Shown here one piece after another: positions 21,382 to 32,662 of a stretch of DNA of 64,000 bases. The translations under genes were made by a program, and so were the position numbers. The notes beneath the pieces are model-generated. The model was not told the DNA's origin, did not search any database, and saw only the letters and a list, made by a program, of their open reading frames with translations. Origin of the DNA: Gaiellaceae bacterium (lineage in GTDB: Bacteria > Actinomycetota > Thermoleophilia > Gaiellales > Gaiellaceae); NCBI GenBank assembly GCA_050010215.1, contig JBEKLL010000003.1, positions 19,888 to 83,887 of the forward strand. Direction: 5' to 3'. Position 1 is the first letter of the stretch. Each line of letters begins with the position of its first letter.

Positions 21382-22065
21382 ATGCATCCAGAGGTTTACG
21401 TAGTCATCCCGGTGTATAACGAAGCACCCGTTATTCGGCGCGTTGTTACGGAGGTTCTGGCGGTTTTCTCGAACGTGGTGTGCGTGAACGACGGCAGCAC
21501 CGACAACAGTGCCGCAGAGATATCGACAACGGCCGCGGTCTTGATCAACCATCCCATCAATCTGGGTCAGGGCGCCGCGTTGCAGACCGGCCTGGAGTAT
21601 GCGCTCAGCGATCCGAAGGCGGAGTGCTTCGTCACCTTCGACTCGGACGGCCAGCACCGGGTCGAGGACGCCGTGACGATGCTCGAGATCTTGAAGAAAG
21701 GGGACTACGACGTCGTGCTCGGGTCGCGCTTCCTGGGCAAGGCGGAGAACATGCCGCTCCTGAAGAGGCTCGTGCTGAAGGCCGCCGTCGCCTTCTCCAA
21801 CGCGACCTCGGGGATACGCCTCACCGACGCGCACAACGGCCTACGGGCGTTCAACCGGGCCTTCGCCGAGGACCTGGAGATCACGATTCCGCAGATGGCC
21901 CACGCCACCGAGATAACCCATTGCATCGCCGAGAAGCACTACCGCTACCTCGAGGTTCCGGTCACCATCCGCTATACGGACTACTCGCTCTCGAAAGGCC
22001 AGTCGGCGCTCAACGCTGTCAACATCAGCTTCGACCTGCTCATGAACAGGATCACGCGGCGATGA
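21382..22065 (+). CDS. GT2-family glycosyltransferase, polyprenol-phosphate sugar synthase-like (GtrB/ArnC/DPM1-like)
   Basis: VVIPVYNE N-terminus, NDGSTD, DSDGQH (DxD). About 228 aa from the internal ATG. The upstream part of the ORF overlaps the collagen-like remnant. Confidence 0.85.
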   Translation: MHPEVYVVIPVYNEAPVIRRVVTEVLAVFSNVVCVNDGSTDNSAAEISTTAAVLINHPINLGQGAALQTGLEYALSDPKAECFVTFDSDGQHRVEDAVTMLEILKKGDYDVVLGSRFLGKAENMPLLKRLVLKAAVAFSNATSGIRLTDAHNGLRAFNRAFAEDLEITIPQMAHATEITHCIAEKHYRYLEVPVTIRYTDYSLSKGQSALNAVNISFDLLMNRITRR

Positions 22066-22448
22066 TCGTCGTCCAGATACTGCTGATCGGCGGCATCGTG
22101 GCCGTGTTCGGATGGTTCCTGATCCATCCCCGCAGCTACCGCGTCAAGGCGTGGATAAAGATCCTGACGGCGCTGTTCACGGCCCTGGCCGTGGTCGTGA
22201 TCATCTCTCCTCGAACCTCGAGCGGGATAGCGCACCTGGTGGGCGTCGGCAGAGGCGCCGACCTGTTGCTCTACGTTCTCGCCGTTGCCTTCATCTTCGT
22301 GATCCTCAACCTCTACAACGGCAGCAGGGAGGACGAGAAGAAGTTCGTGGCGCTGGCCAGGAAGGTGGCCTTGCTGGAGGCGAAGCTCAACTCGCTCGGC
22401 CGGGACGAGGGCGAGAAGTCGCAGGAACCTTCGGCGACGCGGAAGTGA
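22062..22448 (+). CDS. small multi-TM protein, DUF2304-like
   Basis: ATGA start/stop overlap with the GT2 gene. 3-4 hydrophobic helices followed by a charged coiled tail. Confidence 0.65.
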   Translation: MIVVQILLIGGIVAVFGWFLIHPRSYRVKAWIKILTALFTALAVVVIISPRTSSGIAHLVGVGRGADLLLYVLAVAFIFVILNLYNGSREDEKKFVALARKVALLEAKLNSLGRDEGEKSQEPSATRK

Positions 22449-22548
22449 GCCGACAGGCGCTAGCTCTTCGGTAGGAGTTGGACTGGATCGAAGCGGTCGG
22501 GCCCTAGGGCGAGTTCGAGCCGGTTTACGATCTTACGAAAAGTGGCTC

Positions 22549-22586
22549 AAACGAACGGGGGCCTTGCGACCCCCGTTCGTTTTATT
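22549..22586. terminator. bidirectional intrinsic terminator
   Basis: AAACGAACGGGGG-ccttgcga-CCCCCGTTCGTTTT between the convergent DUF2304 and collagen-like genes. A/T runs on both sides. Confidence 0.65.
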
Positions 22587-22594
22587 GCCACACG

Positions 22595-24863
<2,269 letters not shown>

Positions 24864-25334
24864 TAGGGGGAACTCTAACCCTAATCCGAATTGGGGATAC
24901 CTCGCAAGCGCTGCGGGTACCTCGTTCGAGGGATTTTGCGTACATTAACGGGCTCCGGACCGCGGTCTGAATAGCGGGTCATACGCCGGCGGACGCCTCT
25001 GCCGTCGGGATATATCGCTCCGATATTCGTATCTATTTCAGATCGAGATCTCGAACGGCGATCTCCATTGCCGGCGCGATATCGGCGCCACTCGGCGTCG
25101 CTCGAACGAGGTTGGAACGATCGCCGCGACGGGCTGGCGCGAGGAGGCTCGCCTCGCTACGAGCGAGCGGACGCGCTGACTCAGGCGCAGGGCCGAGCGG
25201 GTGCTCTGTCATCCTGCCTGGCGGGTTGGCCCCGAGCTCCGCGCCCGCGTCGGTGCCGATCACGGCGTCTCTGCGCTCGAACGATTGTCTGCGACAGGCA
25301 TCAGGACGCTGCCGGACTGCTACAATCCGCGCCC

Positions 25335-25361
25335 GGCGGACGGCCTGGTCCGCCGCTTTTT
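25335..25361 (+). promoter_or_regulatory. terminator-like leader hairpin 7 nt upstream of the rplM start
   Basis: GGCGGAC-ggcctg-GTCCGCC followed by GCTTTTT. A TACAAT hexamer lies 9 nt upstream of the hairpin. No SD before the rplM ATG. Confidence 0.35.
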
Positions 25362-25367
25362 CGTGTG

Positions 25368-25802
25368 ATGAAGACATACAACGCAAAACCGAACGAGATC
25401 GCGCACGACTGGTACGTCGTGGACGCCGAGGGTAAGAACCTGGGCCGCCTCGCGGTGCGCATCGCCGACACGCTGCGCGGCAAGAACAAGCCGCAGTTCA
25501 CCCCTCACGTCGACACGGGCGACTTCGTCGTCGTGATCAACGCGGGCAAGGTCGCGGTGACCGGCAACAAGCTCGACAAGAAGATCTACTACCGGCATTC
25601 CGGCTATCCGGGCGGTCTGCGCGAGCGAACGCTGCGCGAGCAGCTCGAGCGCCGGCCAACCGAGGTGCTGCGCAAGGCGGTCAAGGGGATGCTGCCGCGC
25701 AACCGCTTGGGCCGGGCACAGATTCGCAAGCTCAAGATCTATGCGAGCGCCGAGCACCCGCACGGCGCGCAGCAGCCCAAGCAACTCAAACTCGAGGACT
25801 AG
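25368..25802 (+). CDS. rplM: 50S ribosomal protein L13
   Basis: [26 protein letters not shown]. 144 aa. Confidence 0.93.
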   Translation: MKTYNAKPNEIAHDWYVVDAEGKNLGRLAVRIADTLRGKNKPQFTPHVDTGDFVVVINAGKVAVTGNKLDKKIYYRHSGYPGGLRERTLREQLERRPTEVLRKAVKGMLPRNRLGRAQIRKLKIYASAEHPHGAQQPKQLKLED

Positions 25803-25812
25803 GATCCAACCC

Positions 25813-26211
25813 GTGGCAGAGCAATTGCTTCAGTACCTTGGCACCGGAAAGCGCAAGACCTCGGTGGCGCGCGTCATTCTGCGTCCCGGCGACGGCAAGA
25901 CCTGGATCAACGGTCGCACGATCGAGGACTACTTCCCCCGCCCGACCCATCGTCAGACGGCGCTTTCGCCGCTCGTTCTGGCCGGCGTCGAGGGGCGCTA
26001 CGACCTGCGTGTGCGGGTGCGCGGCGGCGGCTCCAGCGGCCAGGCGGGCGCGCTTCGGCACGGCATCGCCCGGGCGCTGATCGAGGCCGATCCCGAGCTG
26101 CGCATTCAGCTCAAGCGCGCCGGTTTCTTGGCCCGCGATGCTCGCATCGTCGAGCGCAAGAAGGCCGGACTACACAAGGCGCGCAAGGCGCCGCAGTTCT
26201 CGAAACGGTAG
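25813..26211 (+). CDS. rpsI: 30S ribosomal protein S9
   Basis: [12 protein letters not shown]...[19 protein letters not shown]...[11 protein letters not shown] start. Confidence 0.93.
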   Translation: MAEQLLQYLGTGKRKTSVARVILRPGDGKTWINGRTIEDYFPRPTHRQTALSPLVLAGVEGRYDLRVRVRGGGSSGQAGALRHGIARALIEADPELRIQLKRAGFLARDARIVERKKAGLHKARKAPQFSKR

Positions 26212-26323
26212 TACCGCTCCTCGCCTCGGCTCTTGAAAGCTCCTAGAATGCGCCTGCTCGATTGGCGACCGAAGGTCGAGACCGCACCGCCTCGCCGAGG
26301 TGCGGAAGGAGGATCCGGTTTCG

Positions 26324-27622
26324 ATGAAAGGTGAAGCGCAGGTCGGGACGGTTGTTACGCGCCGCTACTTCGGTACAGACGGGGTGCGCGGAATCGTCGG
26401 CGAGGATCTCACCGTCGAGCTGGTCGAGAGGCTTGCCAGGGCCGCGACCATCTGGTCCGGCAGTGGTCGCGTGTTCGTCGGCCGTGACACTCGCGCGTCG
26501 GGCGCCGAGCTCGAAGAGGCGTTTGCGCGCGGCGTCGTCGAGGCGGGCGGCGTCGCCGTGCTCGGCGGTGTGCTGCCGACGCCGGCGGTGGCTCTGCTGG
26601 CGCTCGATCTGGGCGTCGTGATCACCGCTTCGCACAACCCGCCCGAGTACAACGGGGTCAAGTTCTTCGATCATCACGGTCGCAAGCTCTCCGACGCCGC
26701 CGAGCTGGAGATCGAGGCGCTGATGGACACCAAGACATCGGGCGGCGGCGTGATCGATCACGTCGAGGTGGCGACCGACAGCTATCTCGAGCACATCCTC
26801 GAGCGCTTCGGCTCCGACTTGAGCGGCCTTCGCATCGCCGTCGACTGCGCCAACGGCGCCTACTCGGGAATCGCGCCCGCCGCCTTCACTCGCAGCGGCG
26901 CCGAGGTGATCGCGGTCGCCGATCAACCCGACGGCGTCAACATCAACGCCGGCTGCGGAGCGACCGATCTCTCATTGCTGACGCGCACTGTGCTCGAGAA
27001 CGGCTGCGATCTAGGCGTCGCCTTCGACGGCGACGGCGATCGGATGCTGGCGGTGACCGCCGCGGGCGAGCCGGTCGACGGCGACCAGATCCTGGCGATT
27101 CTCGCTCTGCACCTCGGCGTCGAGCTGGTGGTGGTCACCAAGATGACCAACCTCGGCTTCCACAACCTCATGCGTGAGCACGGCATCCGCGTCTTGACCA
27201 CCGATGTCGGTGACCGCTACGTGCTCGAGGCGCTCTGGCGCGAGGAAGGCCTGTTGGGCGGCGAGCAGTCGGGCCACATCATCTATCTAAGAGACCACGT
27301 CACCGGCGACGGCCTGGCTGCCGCGCTGATGCTCTGCGGCGCGCTCGGCGGTCGCACACTCGCCGAGGCCGCGGCGGTCATGCCTCGTTATGCGCAGATA
27401 AAGCGCAACCTCGCCGTCGACAGGGAGCTTTCGGAGGACGTCGCGACCGAGGTCGAGCGACTCAACTGCGAGCTCGACGGCCGGGCCCGCGTGCTCGTTC
27501 GCCCTTCAGGAACCGAGCCGGTCGTGCGCCTTTTGGCAGAGGCCGAGACACTTGCTGAGGCGGAGGATCTCTGTGGTAGGATCGAGGCGCTAGTAAGACG
27601 AGAGCTCGGCCAGTCGTCCTGA
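26324..27622 (+). CDS. glmM: phosphoglucosamine mutase
   Basis: RYFGTDGVRG, active-site TASHNPPEYNG, Mg site DGDGDR. GGAAGGAGG SD 10 nt before the ATG. Confidence 0.9.
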   Translation: MKGEAQVGTVVTRRYFGTDGVRGIVGEDLTVELVERLARAATIWSGSGRVFVGRDTRASGAELEEAFARGVVEAGGVAVLGGVLPTPAVALLALDLGVVITASHNPPEYNGVKFFDHHGRKLSDAAELEIEALMDTKTSGGGVIDHVEVATDSYLEHILERFGSDLSGLRIAVDCANGAYSGIAPAAFTRSGAEVIAVADQPDGVNINAGCGATDLSLLTRTVLENGCDLGVAFDGDGDRMLAVTAAGEPVDGDQILAILALHLGVELVVVTKMTNLGFHNLMREHGIRVLTTDVGDRYVLEALWREEGLLGGEQSGHIIYLRDHVTGDGLAAALMLCGALGGRTLAEAAAVMPRYAQIKRNLAVDRELSEDVATEVERLNCELDGRARVLVRPSGTEPVVRLLAEAETLAEAEDLCGRIEALVRRELGQSS

Positions 27623-27748
27623 CCGGGACGGCTAAAGCGCCGGGCTCTGTGCTTTTCTGAAGTGCAGGCCGTATATTCCGTAGAACGAGAGACGCAAGGC
27701 TTCACTCTGGGGATTTGAGAAGCGCTATAAGCGGGGAAGGAGCTCCAG

Positions 27749-29593
27749 GTGTGCGGGATCATCGGGTACGTCGGGAAGAGAGCCTGTAAACCGCTTCTTC
27801 TCGGAGCTCTGCAGCGTCTCGAATACCGTGGCTACGACTCTGCCGGGATCGTCCTGCGCGAAGAGGAGGGGCTCGACTACATCCGCGCGGTCGGCAATCT
27901 CCAGCACCTGATCGAGGCGGCCGGCGGGAACGGCTCGGAGGCCACGCACGGACTGGGGCACACACGCTGGGCGACACACGGCAAGGTCGTGGTCGAGAAC
28001 GCCCATCCACTCACCGGCTGCGACGAGCGCGAGATAGCCGTCGTCCTCAACGGCATCATCGAGAACTACCGCGAGCTGCGCGCCACGCTCATCGAGGAAG
28101 GCCATCGGTTCACTACCGAGACCGACGCCGAGACGGTCGCCCATCTGATCGAGAGCCATTACGACGGCGATCTCGTCGAAGCGGTGCGGCAGACCTACCG
28201 GCAGATCGAAGGCCACTTCGCCTTCGTCGTCATCCATCGCGACAATCCCGAGCTGCTGGTGGGAACGAGGCGCCAATGCCCGCTCGTCGTCGGCGTGGGC
28301 GACGGCGAGGGCTTCATCGCCTCCAACACGGTCGCTTTTCTCTCCGAGACCCGTAACGTGCAGTTTCCCGACGACGGCGACATCGCCGCCGTCACTCCCG
28401 CCGGTGTCACTTACTCGAGCGCCCTCGACGACGATCGCGAGATCGAGCATGAGACGATCTCGATCGACTGGGACGAGGAGCAGGCCGAGAAGGGTGGCTA
28501 CGAGACCTTCATGCTCAAGGAGATCTACGAGCAGTCGACAGCCGTGCGCGAGACGATTGCCGAGCGCATCCGCTACGGCGAGCTCGCCCTCGAGGGGCTT
28601 GGCCTCTCGGACGACGAGCTGCGCAACCTCCGCCGCATCGTGATCCTGGCCTGCGGCACCGCCTATCACGCCGGCGTCGCCGGTCGCTATGTGATCGAGG
28701 AGTGGGCGCGTGTCCCGGTCGAGCACGACATCGCCAGCGAGTGGCGCTACCGCAATCCCGTGCTCGACAAGAACACGCTCGTGATCGGGATCTCGCAGTC
28801 GGGCGAGACGCGCGACACGCTCGACGCCATGGCGCTGGCGCGCCAGCACGGCGCCCGCACGCTGGCGATCACGAACATGATGGGCGCTCAGATCACGCGC
28901 GAGGTCGACTACGTTCTCTACACGCGCGCCGGTCTCGAGATGGGCGTCGCCGCCTCCAAGACCTTCACCGCTCAGGTCGCCCTCCTGTACCTGATAGCGC
29001 TCAAGCTGGCGCAGGTTCGCGGCACCTTGCCCGAGGGCGAGGTCGAGTCGCTGATCGCCGAGGTGCAGAAGCTGCCCGAGAAAATCGCTCAGTTCCTGCA
29101 GGACGCCGACGACGGCATCCACCCGATCGAGGAGATCGCCGAGCGTCACTTCGACAAGCCCTTCTTCCTCTACCTCGGGCGCAACATCGGCCTGCCGATC
29201 TGCCTCGAGGGCGCGCTCAAGTTGAAGGAGATCGCCTACATCCCGACCGAGGCCTACTCCGCCGGCGAGATGAAGCACGGTCCGATCGCGCTGCTGGACT
29301 CCGAGACCCCGGTCGTCTGTATCGCCACCGACTCGCACGTCTACGACAAGGTCGTTTCGAACATCCAGGAGACTCGCGCCCGCGGCGCCCAGGTGATCGC
29401 CATCGCCACCGACGGCAACGAGGACATCCAGCACCACGCCGACGACGTCATCTACGTCCCCAAGACGAACGAGTACCTGCAGGCGGTGCTGGCGGTGCTC
29501 CCGCTGCAGCTGCTCGCCTATCGCATCGCGCGCCTGCGCGGCCTCAACGTCGACCAGCCGCGCAACCTGGCCAAGACCGTCACCGTCGAGTAG
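27749..29593 (+). CDS. glmS: glutamine--fructose-6-phosphate aminotransferase
   Basis: N-terminal MCGIIGYVG (Cys2 nucleophile), two SIS domains, C-terminal NLAKTVTVE. Confidence 0.95.
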   Translation: MCGIIGYVGKRACKPLLLGALQRLEYRGYDSAGIVLREEEGLDYIRAVGNLQHLIEAAGGNGSEATHGLGHTRWATHGKVVVENAHPLTGCDEREIAVVLNGIIENYRELRATLIEEGHRFTTETDAETVAHLIESHYDGDLVEAVRQTYRQIEGHFAFVVIHRDNPELLVGTRRQCPLVVGVGDGEGFIASNTVAFLSETRNVQFPDDGDIAAVTPAGVTYSSALDDDREIEHETISIDWDEEQAEKGGYETFMLKEIYEQSTAVRETIAERIRYGELALEGLGLSDDELRNLRRIVILACGTAYHAGVAGRYVIEEWARVPVEHDIASEWRYRNPVLDKNTLVIGISQSGETRDTLDAMALARQHGARTLAITNMMGAQITREVDYVLYTRAGLEMGVAASKTFTAQVALLYLIALKLAQVRGTLPEGEVESLIAEVQKLPEKIAQFLQDADDGIHPIEEIAERHFDKPFFLYLGRNIGLPICLEGALKLKEIAYIPTEAYSAGEMKHGPIALLDSETPVVCIATDSHVYDKVVSNIQETRARGAQVIAIATDGNEDIQHHADDVIYVPKTNEYLQAVLAVLPLQLLAYRIARLRGLNVDQPRNLAKTVTVE

Positions 29594-29641
29594 GAGCAGC
29601 GGTTGTGACGACCCGCCGCCGGCCGTTGGGAGTCTGAGCCG

Positions 29642-30691
29642 GTGCGCGTCCTAGCTGCCTTGGCCGGGGCGACCGTGATCGTCTTCACCCTGGCCGAGTT
29701 CTTCGTCGCCTTCCTGCTGCCACGCCGTGTGAGGCACGAACCACGCGTCGCACGCATGATCCTCGTTGCCGGTTGGCGCGTCTGGCGCTTCCTCGCTCGC
29801 CGCCTTCCGGCTCGCTCCGGCGACACCATGCTCGGCTTCTACGGGCCGGTGCTGCTGCTCTTCGCCATCGCTCTCTGGGCGGTGGCTCTGATCTTCGGCT
29901 TCGCCCTGCTGCAGTGGGCCGGTGGGTCGCACGTCGTGCGCGGAGGCGGCGGCGGCTTTGACGACGACCTCTTCTTCAGCGCCGGCGGATTTCTTAGCGC
30001 CTCGATGCAGCTCTCTCCCTCGACCTCGCTCGCCCGCGTGCTCTTCCTGGCCGAGGCGGCCTGCGGCTTCGGTGTGCTCTTCGTCGCGATCGGTTACCTG
30101 CCGGCGATCTACCAGGCCTTCTCGCGGCGCGAGGTGGCGGTGGCGCAGCTGGCGCCGCGCGCCGGAACACCGCCGACCGCCGGAGCACTCTTGACACGTT
30201 CGGGCCGGCGCGGAGGCTGGCCCGATCTCGACCTCTATCTGGCCGAGTGGGAGGGCTGGGCCGCCGAGTTGATGGAGACCCATCTCTCCTATCCGGCGCT
30301 TGCCTATTTCCGCTCACAGCACGTCGATCAGAACTGGCTCGCCGCCCTGACGAGCGTTCTCGACGCCTGCGTTTTCGCTATTGCGGCAGCACCGGAGAAG
30401 CCCGAAGTCGAGGCGGCCGAGATCACGCTCGCAATCGGCCGTCATGCGCTTGCCGACCTCTCGCACGTGCTGCGCGCGAGGCCTGGCCGCTTCGATCCGC
30501 CGCGCCTCGGCAGTGACGACTTCGCCGCTCTCTGGGAGCTCGCCGCCCGTAGCGGGCTCGATCTGATGGCGAAGGAGGAGGTCGAGCCGCGGTTGAGCGA
30601 GCTGCGAGACGGCTATGAGCCGCTTGTTGCCGGTCTCTCGCGGGCGCTCGAGCTGGCACCGCCCTCCTGGCTGCCGCCCGCAGAGTCGTAG
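29642..30691 (+). CDS. hypothetical integral membrane protein
   Basis: 4-5 hydrophobic helices in the N-terminal 170 aa, then a soluble C-terminal half. No family recognised. Confidence 0.5.
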   Translation: MRVLAALAGATVIVFTLAEFFVAFLLPRRVRHEPRVARMILVAGWRVWRFLARRLPARSGDTMLGFYGPVLLLFAIALWAVALIFGFALLQWAGGSHVVRGGGGGFDDDLFFSAGGFLSASMQLSPSTSLARVLFLAEAACGFGVLFVAIGYLPAIYQAFSRREVAVAQLAPRAGTPPTAGALLTRSGRRGGWPDLDLYLAEWEGWAAELMETHLSYPALAYFRSQHVDQNWLAALTSVLDACVFAIAAAPEKPEVEAAEITLAIGRHALADLSHVLRARPGRFDPPRLGSDDFAALWELAARSGLDLMAKEEVEPRLSELRDGYEPLVAGLSRALELAPPSWLPPAES

Positions 30692-30771
30692 CGGGCCAGT
30701 CGCAGACGTGCGGATGGCGACTTTCGCCGCGCGTACGGGTGCTTTGGGGGAGCCTCGCGAAAGTCACTTTT

Positions 30772-30824
30772 TCGTCACAAACACCCCTTGACACCCCCCG
30801 GTGTCAGACACCGTTTGGTGTCAA
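30772..30824 (+). repeat. REP-like repeat copy C (downstream flank of RAYT)
   Basis: TCGTCACAAACACCCCTTGACACC-cccc-GGTGTCAGACACC-gttt-GGTGTCAA. Two hairpins or a nested dyad. Lies 12 nt from the RAYT stop. Confidence 0.8.
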
Positions 30825-30836
30825 GTCTATGTCGCG

Positions 30837-31421
30837 TTAAGAGTGCAACTCTTTGTGCCCGAGCGGGGTTGTGACCGGGCTCTGGGACTCGATGAACTCG
30901 CGGTAGCGAGCGCGCCATTCGGCGCCTCCTCCAAAGGCATTTCGTAGTTCTTCCTCGCTCAGGAAGGCCGGGCTCGGCTCAACTCCGGCGCTGGCTCGGT
31001 AGCTATTCCACGGCCAGTCGGAAGGCCGATCGCATAAGCCGGCTCGGACAGGGTTGTGTGCGACGTAACGGCAGGCGGTGAGCAGGTAGGAATCCGAATC
31101 GATTGGCTGTGCCAGAAACCGATTTAGAAATAGATGAGCACTTCGTCCATGGACGTGGTTGAAGTGCCTCGAGTAGCCGCCGTGCAGCTCTCTTAGCGCT
31201 GCCGAAAGGTGGGCGTCCGGTGTCTGAACAATCAGGTGATAGTGATTGCCCATCAGGCAGTAAGCGAGGCAGGGAAGCTGGTAGCGCTCCATGGTTTGCT
31301 CGAGTCGCTCGAGGAACTCGTCACGGTCACTGTCGAGGAGGAAGAGCGGTCGCCGATCACTGCCTCGTGAGGCAACGTGGTAGATACCGTCAGGGACGAA
31401 TATGCGCGGCGGTCGGCCCAC
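30837..31421 (-). CDS. REP-associated tyrosine transposase (RAYT; IS200/IS605-like Y1 HUH transposase)
   Basis: HUH motif GNHYHLIV. Catalytic-Tyr helix ACRYVAHNPVRAG. About 194 aa, single gene with no tnpB. Flanked by REP copies. Confidence 0.85.
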   Translation of the reverse strand: MGRPPRIFVPDGIYHVASRGSDRRPLFLLDSDRDEFLERLEQTMERYQLPCLAYCLMGNHYHLIVQTPDAHLSAALRELHGGYSRHFNHVHGRSAHLFLNRFLAQPIDSDSYLLTACRYVAHNPVRAGLCDRPSDWPWNSYRASAGVEPSPAFLSEEELRNAFGGGAEWRARYREFIESQSPVTTPLGHKELHS

Positions 31422-31480
31422 GCATCAAGCCTAGATCTGGCTCCCGCTCCAGATGGGCTCGTGAGATAAACGCTCCACTT

Positions 31481-31529
31481 TCGTAACGCATTTTTCTTGA
31501 CACCACCCGGTGTCTGACACCGGGTGGGG
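31481..31529 (+). repeat. REP-like repeat copy D (upstream flank of RAYT)
   Basis: TCGTAACGCATTTTTCTTGACACC-accc-GGTGTCTGACACCGGGTGGGG. Confidence 0.75.
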
Positions 31530-31698
31530 ACGTGGCGCCAGGCACCGCGCCGAGATGCCGAACGCCCGCTTCTGCGCGACGAGATTCGCTGATGTTTCGA
31601 CAGACTCGGCGACGGAAACGGTGGAAGCGTACGTCGGGCGAAAAATCCGGCCCCGAGGCGGTCGGGATGACCGCGAGCGACGACCGAGGAGGTACTCC

Positions 31699-32355
31699 AT
31701 GACAACGATCGAGGAGCCCGAGACCAGGGTGGGACTTCCACGCCTGAACGAGCCCGCGCCCGCTTTCGAGGCTGTGACCACGCATGGCCCGCTTCGACTC
31801 TCCGATTACGAGGGAAGCTGGCTGATCCTCTTCTCCCATCCGGCCGACTTCACGCCGGTCTGCACGACCGAGTTCATGGCTTTTGCCGAGATCTACCCCG
31901 AGCTGCAGAAGCGCGGCTGCGAGCTGCTCGGCCTCTCCATCGACAGCGTCTTCTCGCACATCGCCTGGGTTCGTAACATCGAGGAGAAAACGGGAGTGAA
32001 GATTCCTTTTCCGGTCATCGCCGACCTCGATCGCAAGGTCGCGACCGCTTACGGGATGGTGATGCCCGGCGAGAGCAAGACCGAGGCCAGCCGCTGCGTC
32101 TTCGTCATCGATCCGAAGGGGATCCTGCGGGCGATGATCTACTACCCGCTCTCGACCGGTCGCAACATGGACGAGATCCTGCGCCTGATCGACGCGCTGC
32201 AGACCGCAGATGCGAACAAGGTCGCGACGCCGGCGAACTGGCGACCGGGCGACAAGGTCGTCGTGCCGGCTCCGACCACGGCCGAGCTCGCAGACGAGCG
32301 AGTTGGCGAAGGTTTGGAGTGCGTCGACTGGTATCTCTGCAAGAAGTCGCTCTAG
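31699..32355 (+). CDS. peroxiredoxin (1-Cys/Prx6-like)
   Basis: FSHPADFTPVCTTE peroxidatic Cys motif. GAGGAGG SD. Internal ATG of ORF 31510-32355. Confidence 0.9.
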   Translation: MTTIEEPETRVGLPRLNEPAPAFEAVTTHGPLRLSDYEGSWLILFSHPADFTPVCTTEFMAFAEIYPELQKRGCELLGLSIDSVFSHIAWVRNIEEKTGVKIPFPVIADLDRKVATAYGMVMPGESKTEASRCVFVIDPKGILRAMIYYPLSTGRNMDEILRLIDALQTADANKVATPANWRPGDKVVVPAPTTAELADERVGEGLECVDWYLCKKSL

Positions 32356-32368
32356 GAGGTGCTCGATC

Positions 32369-32599
32369 GTGCCTTGCGTAAGACCGGATGGGACTCTCAG
32401 CGGCTCGGGCCGCGTGATGCTCAGGGCGGTGCGGAAGGACGCGACTCCGGACGAGGTGGCGGCTGAAACCGGTATGCCACTGTTTCGGGTTCGCAGCGCC
32501 CTGCGTGAGCTGGTCGAGGCCGGGTTCGTCAGTAAGGACGGCGAGCGCTTCCGCCAGACCGAGCAGGGAGCCGCGAAGGAGCAGTCGAGCGACCGATGA
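32369..32599 (+). CDS. small putative winged-helix DNA-binding protein
   Basis: GTG start 9 nt after AGGAGG. Segment TPDEVAAETGMPLFRVRSALRELVEAGFV resembles a wHTH. 76 aa. Confidence 0.45.
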   Translation: MPCVRPDGTLSGSGRVMLRAVRKDATPDEVAAETGMPLFRVRSALRELVEAGFVSKDGERFRQTEQGAAKEQSSDR

Positions 32600-32662
32600 G
32601 CCGGTCCGGCAGAGGGCAGCGGCGACTCCCGCTTCCGGGTCCCGATCAATAGACTCGCGTTC

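Noticed and set aside
27623-27748. glmS ribozyme upstream of glmS
   Set aside because: The intergenic region is only 126 nt. It contains AAAGCGCCGGG, but it lacks the conserved core (no GACGAGGA-type P2.1/P2.2 segments) and is too short.
27725-29437. 570-aa minus-strand ORF
   Set aside because: It is antisense to glmS, which has unambiguous motifs. The composition is typical of a GC-rich shadow ORF.
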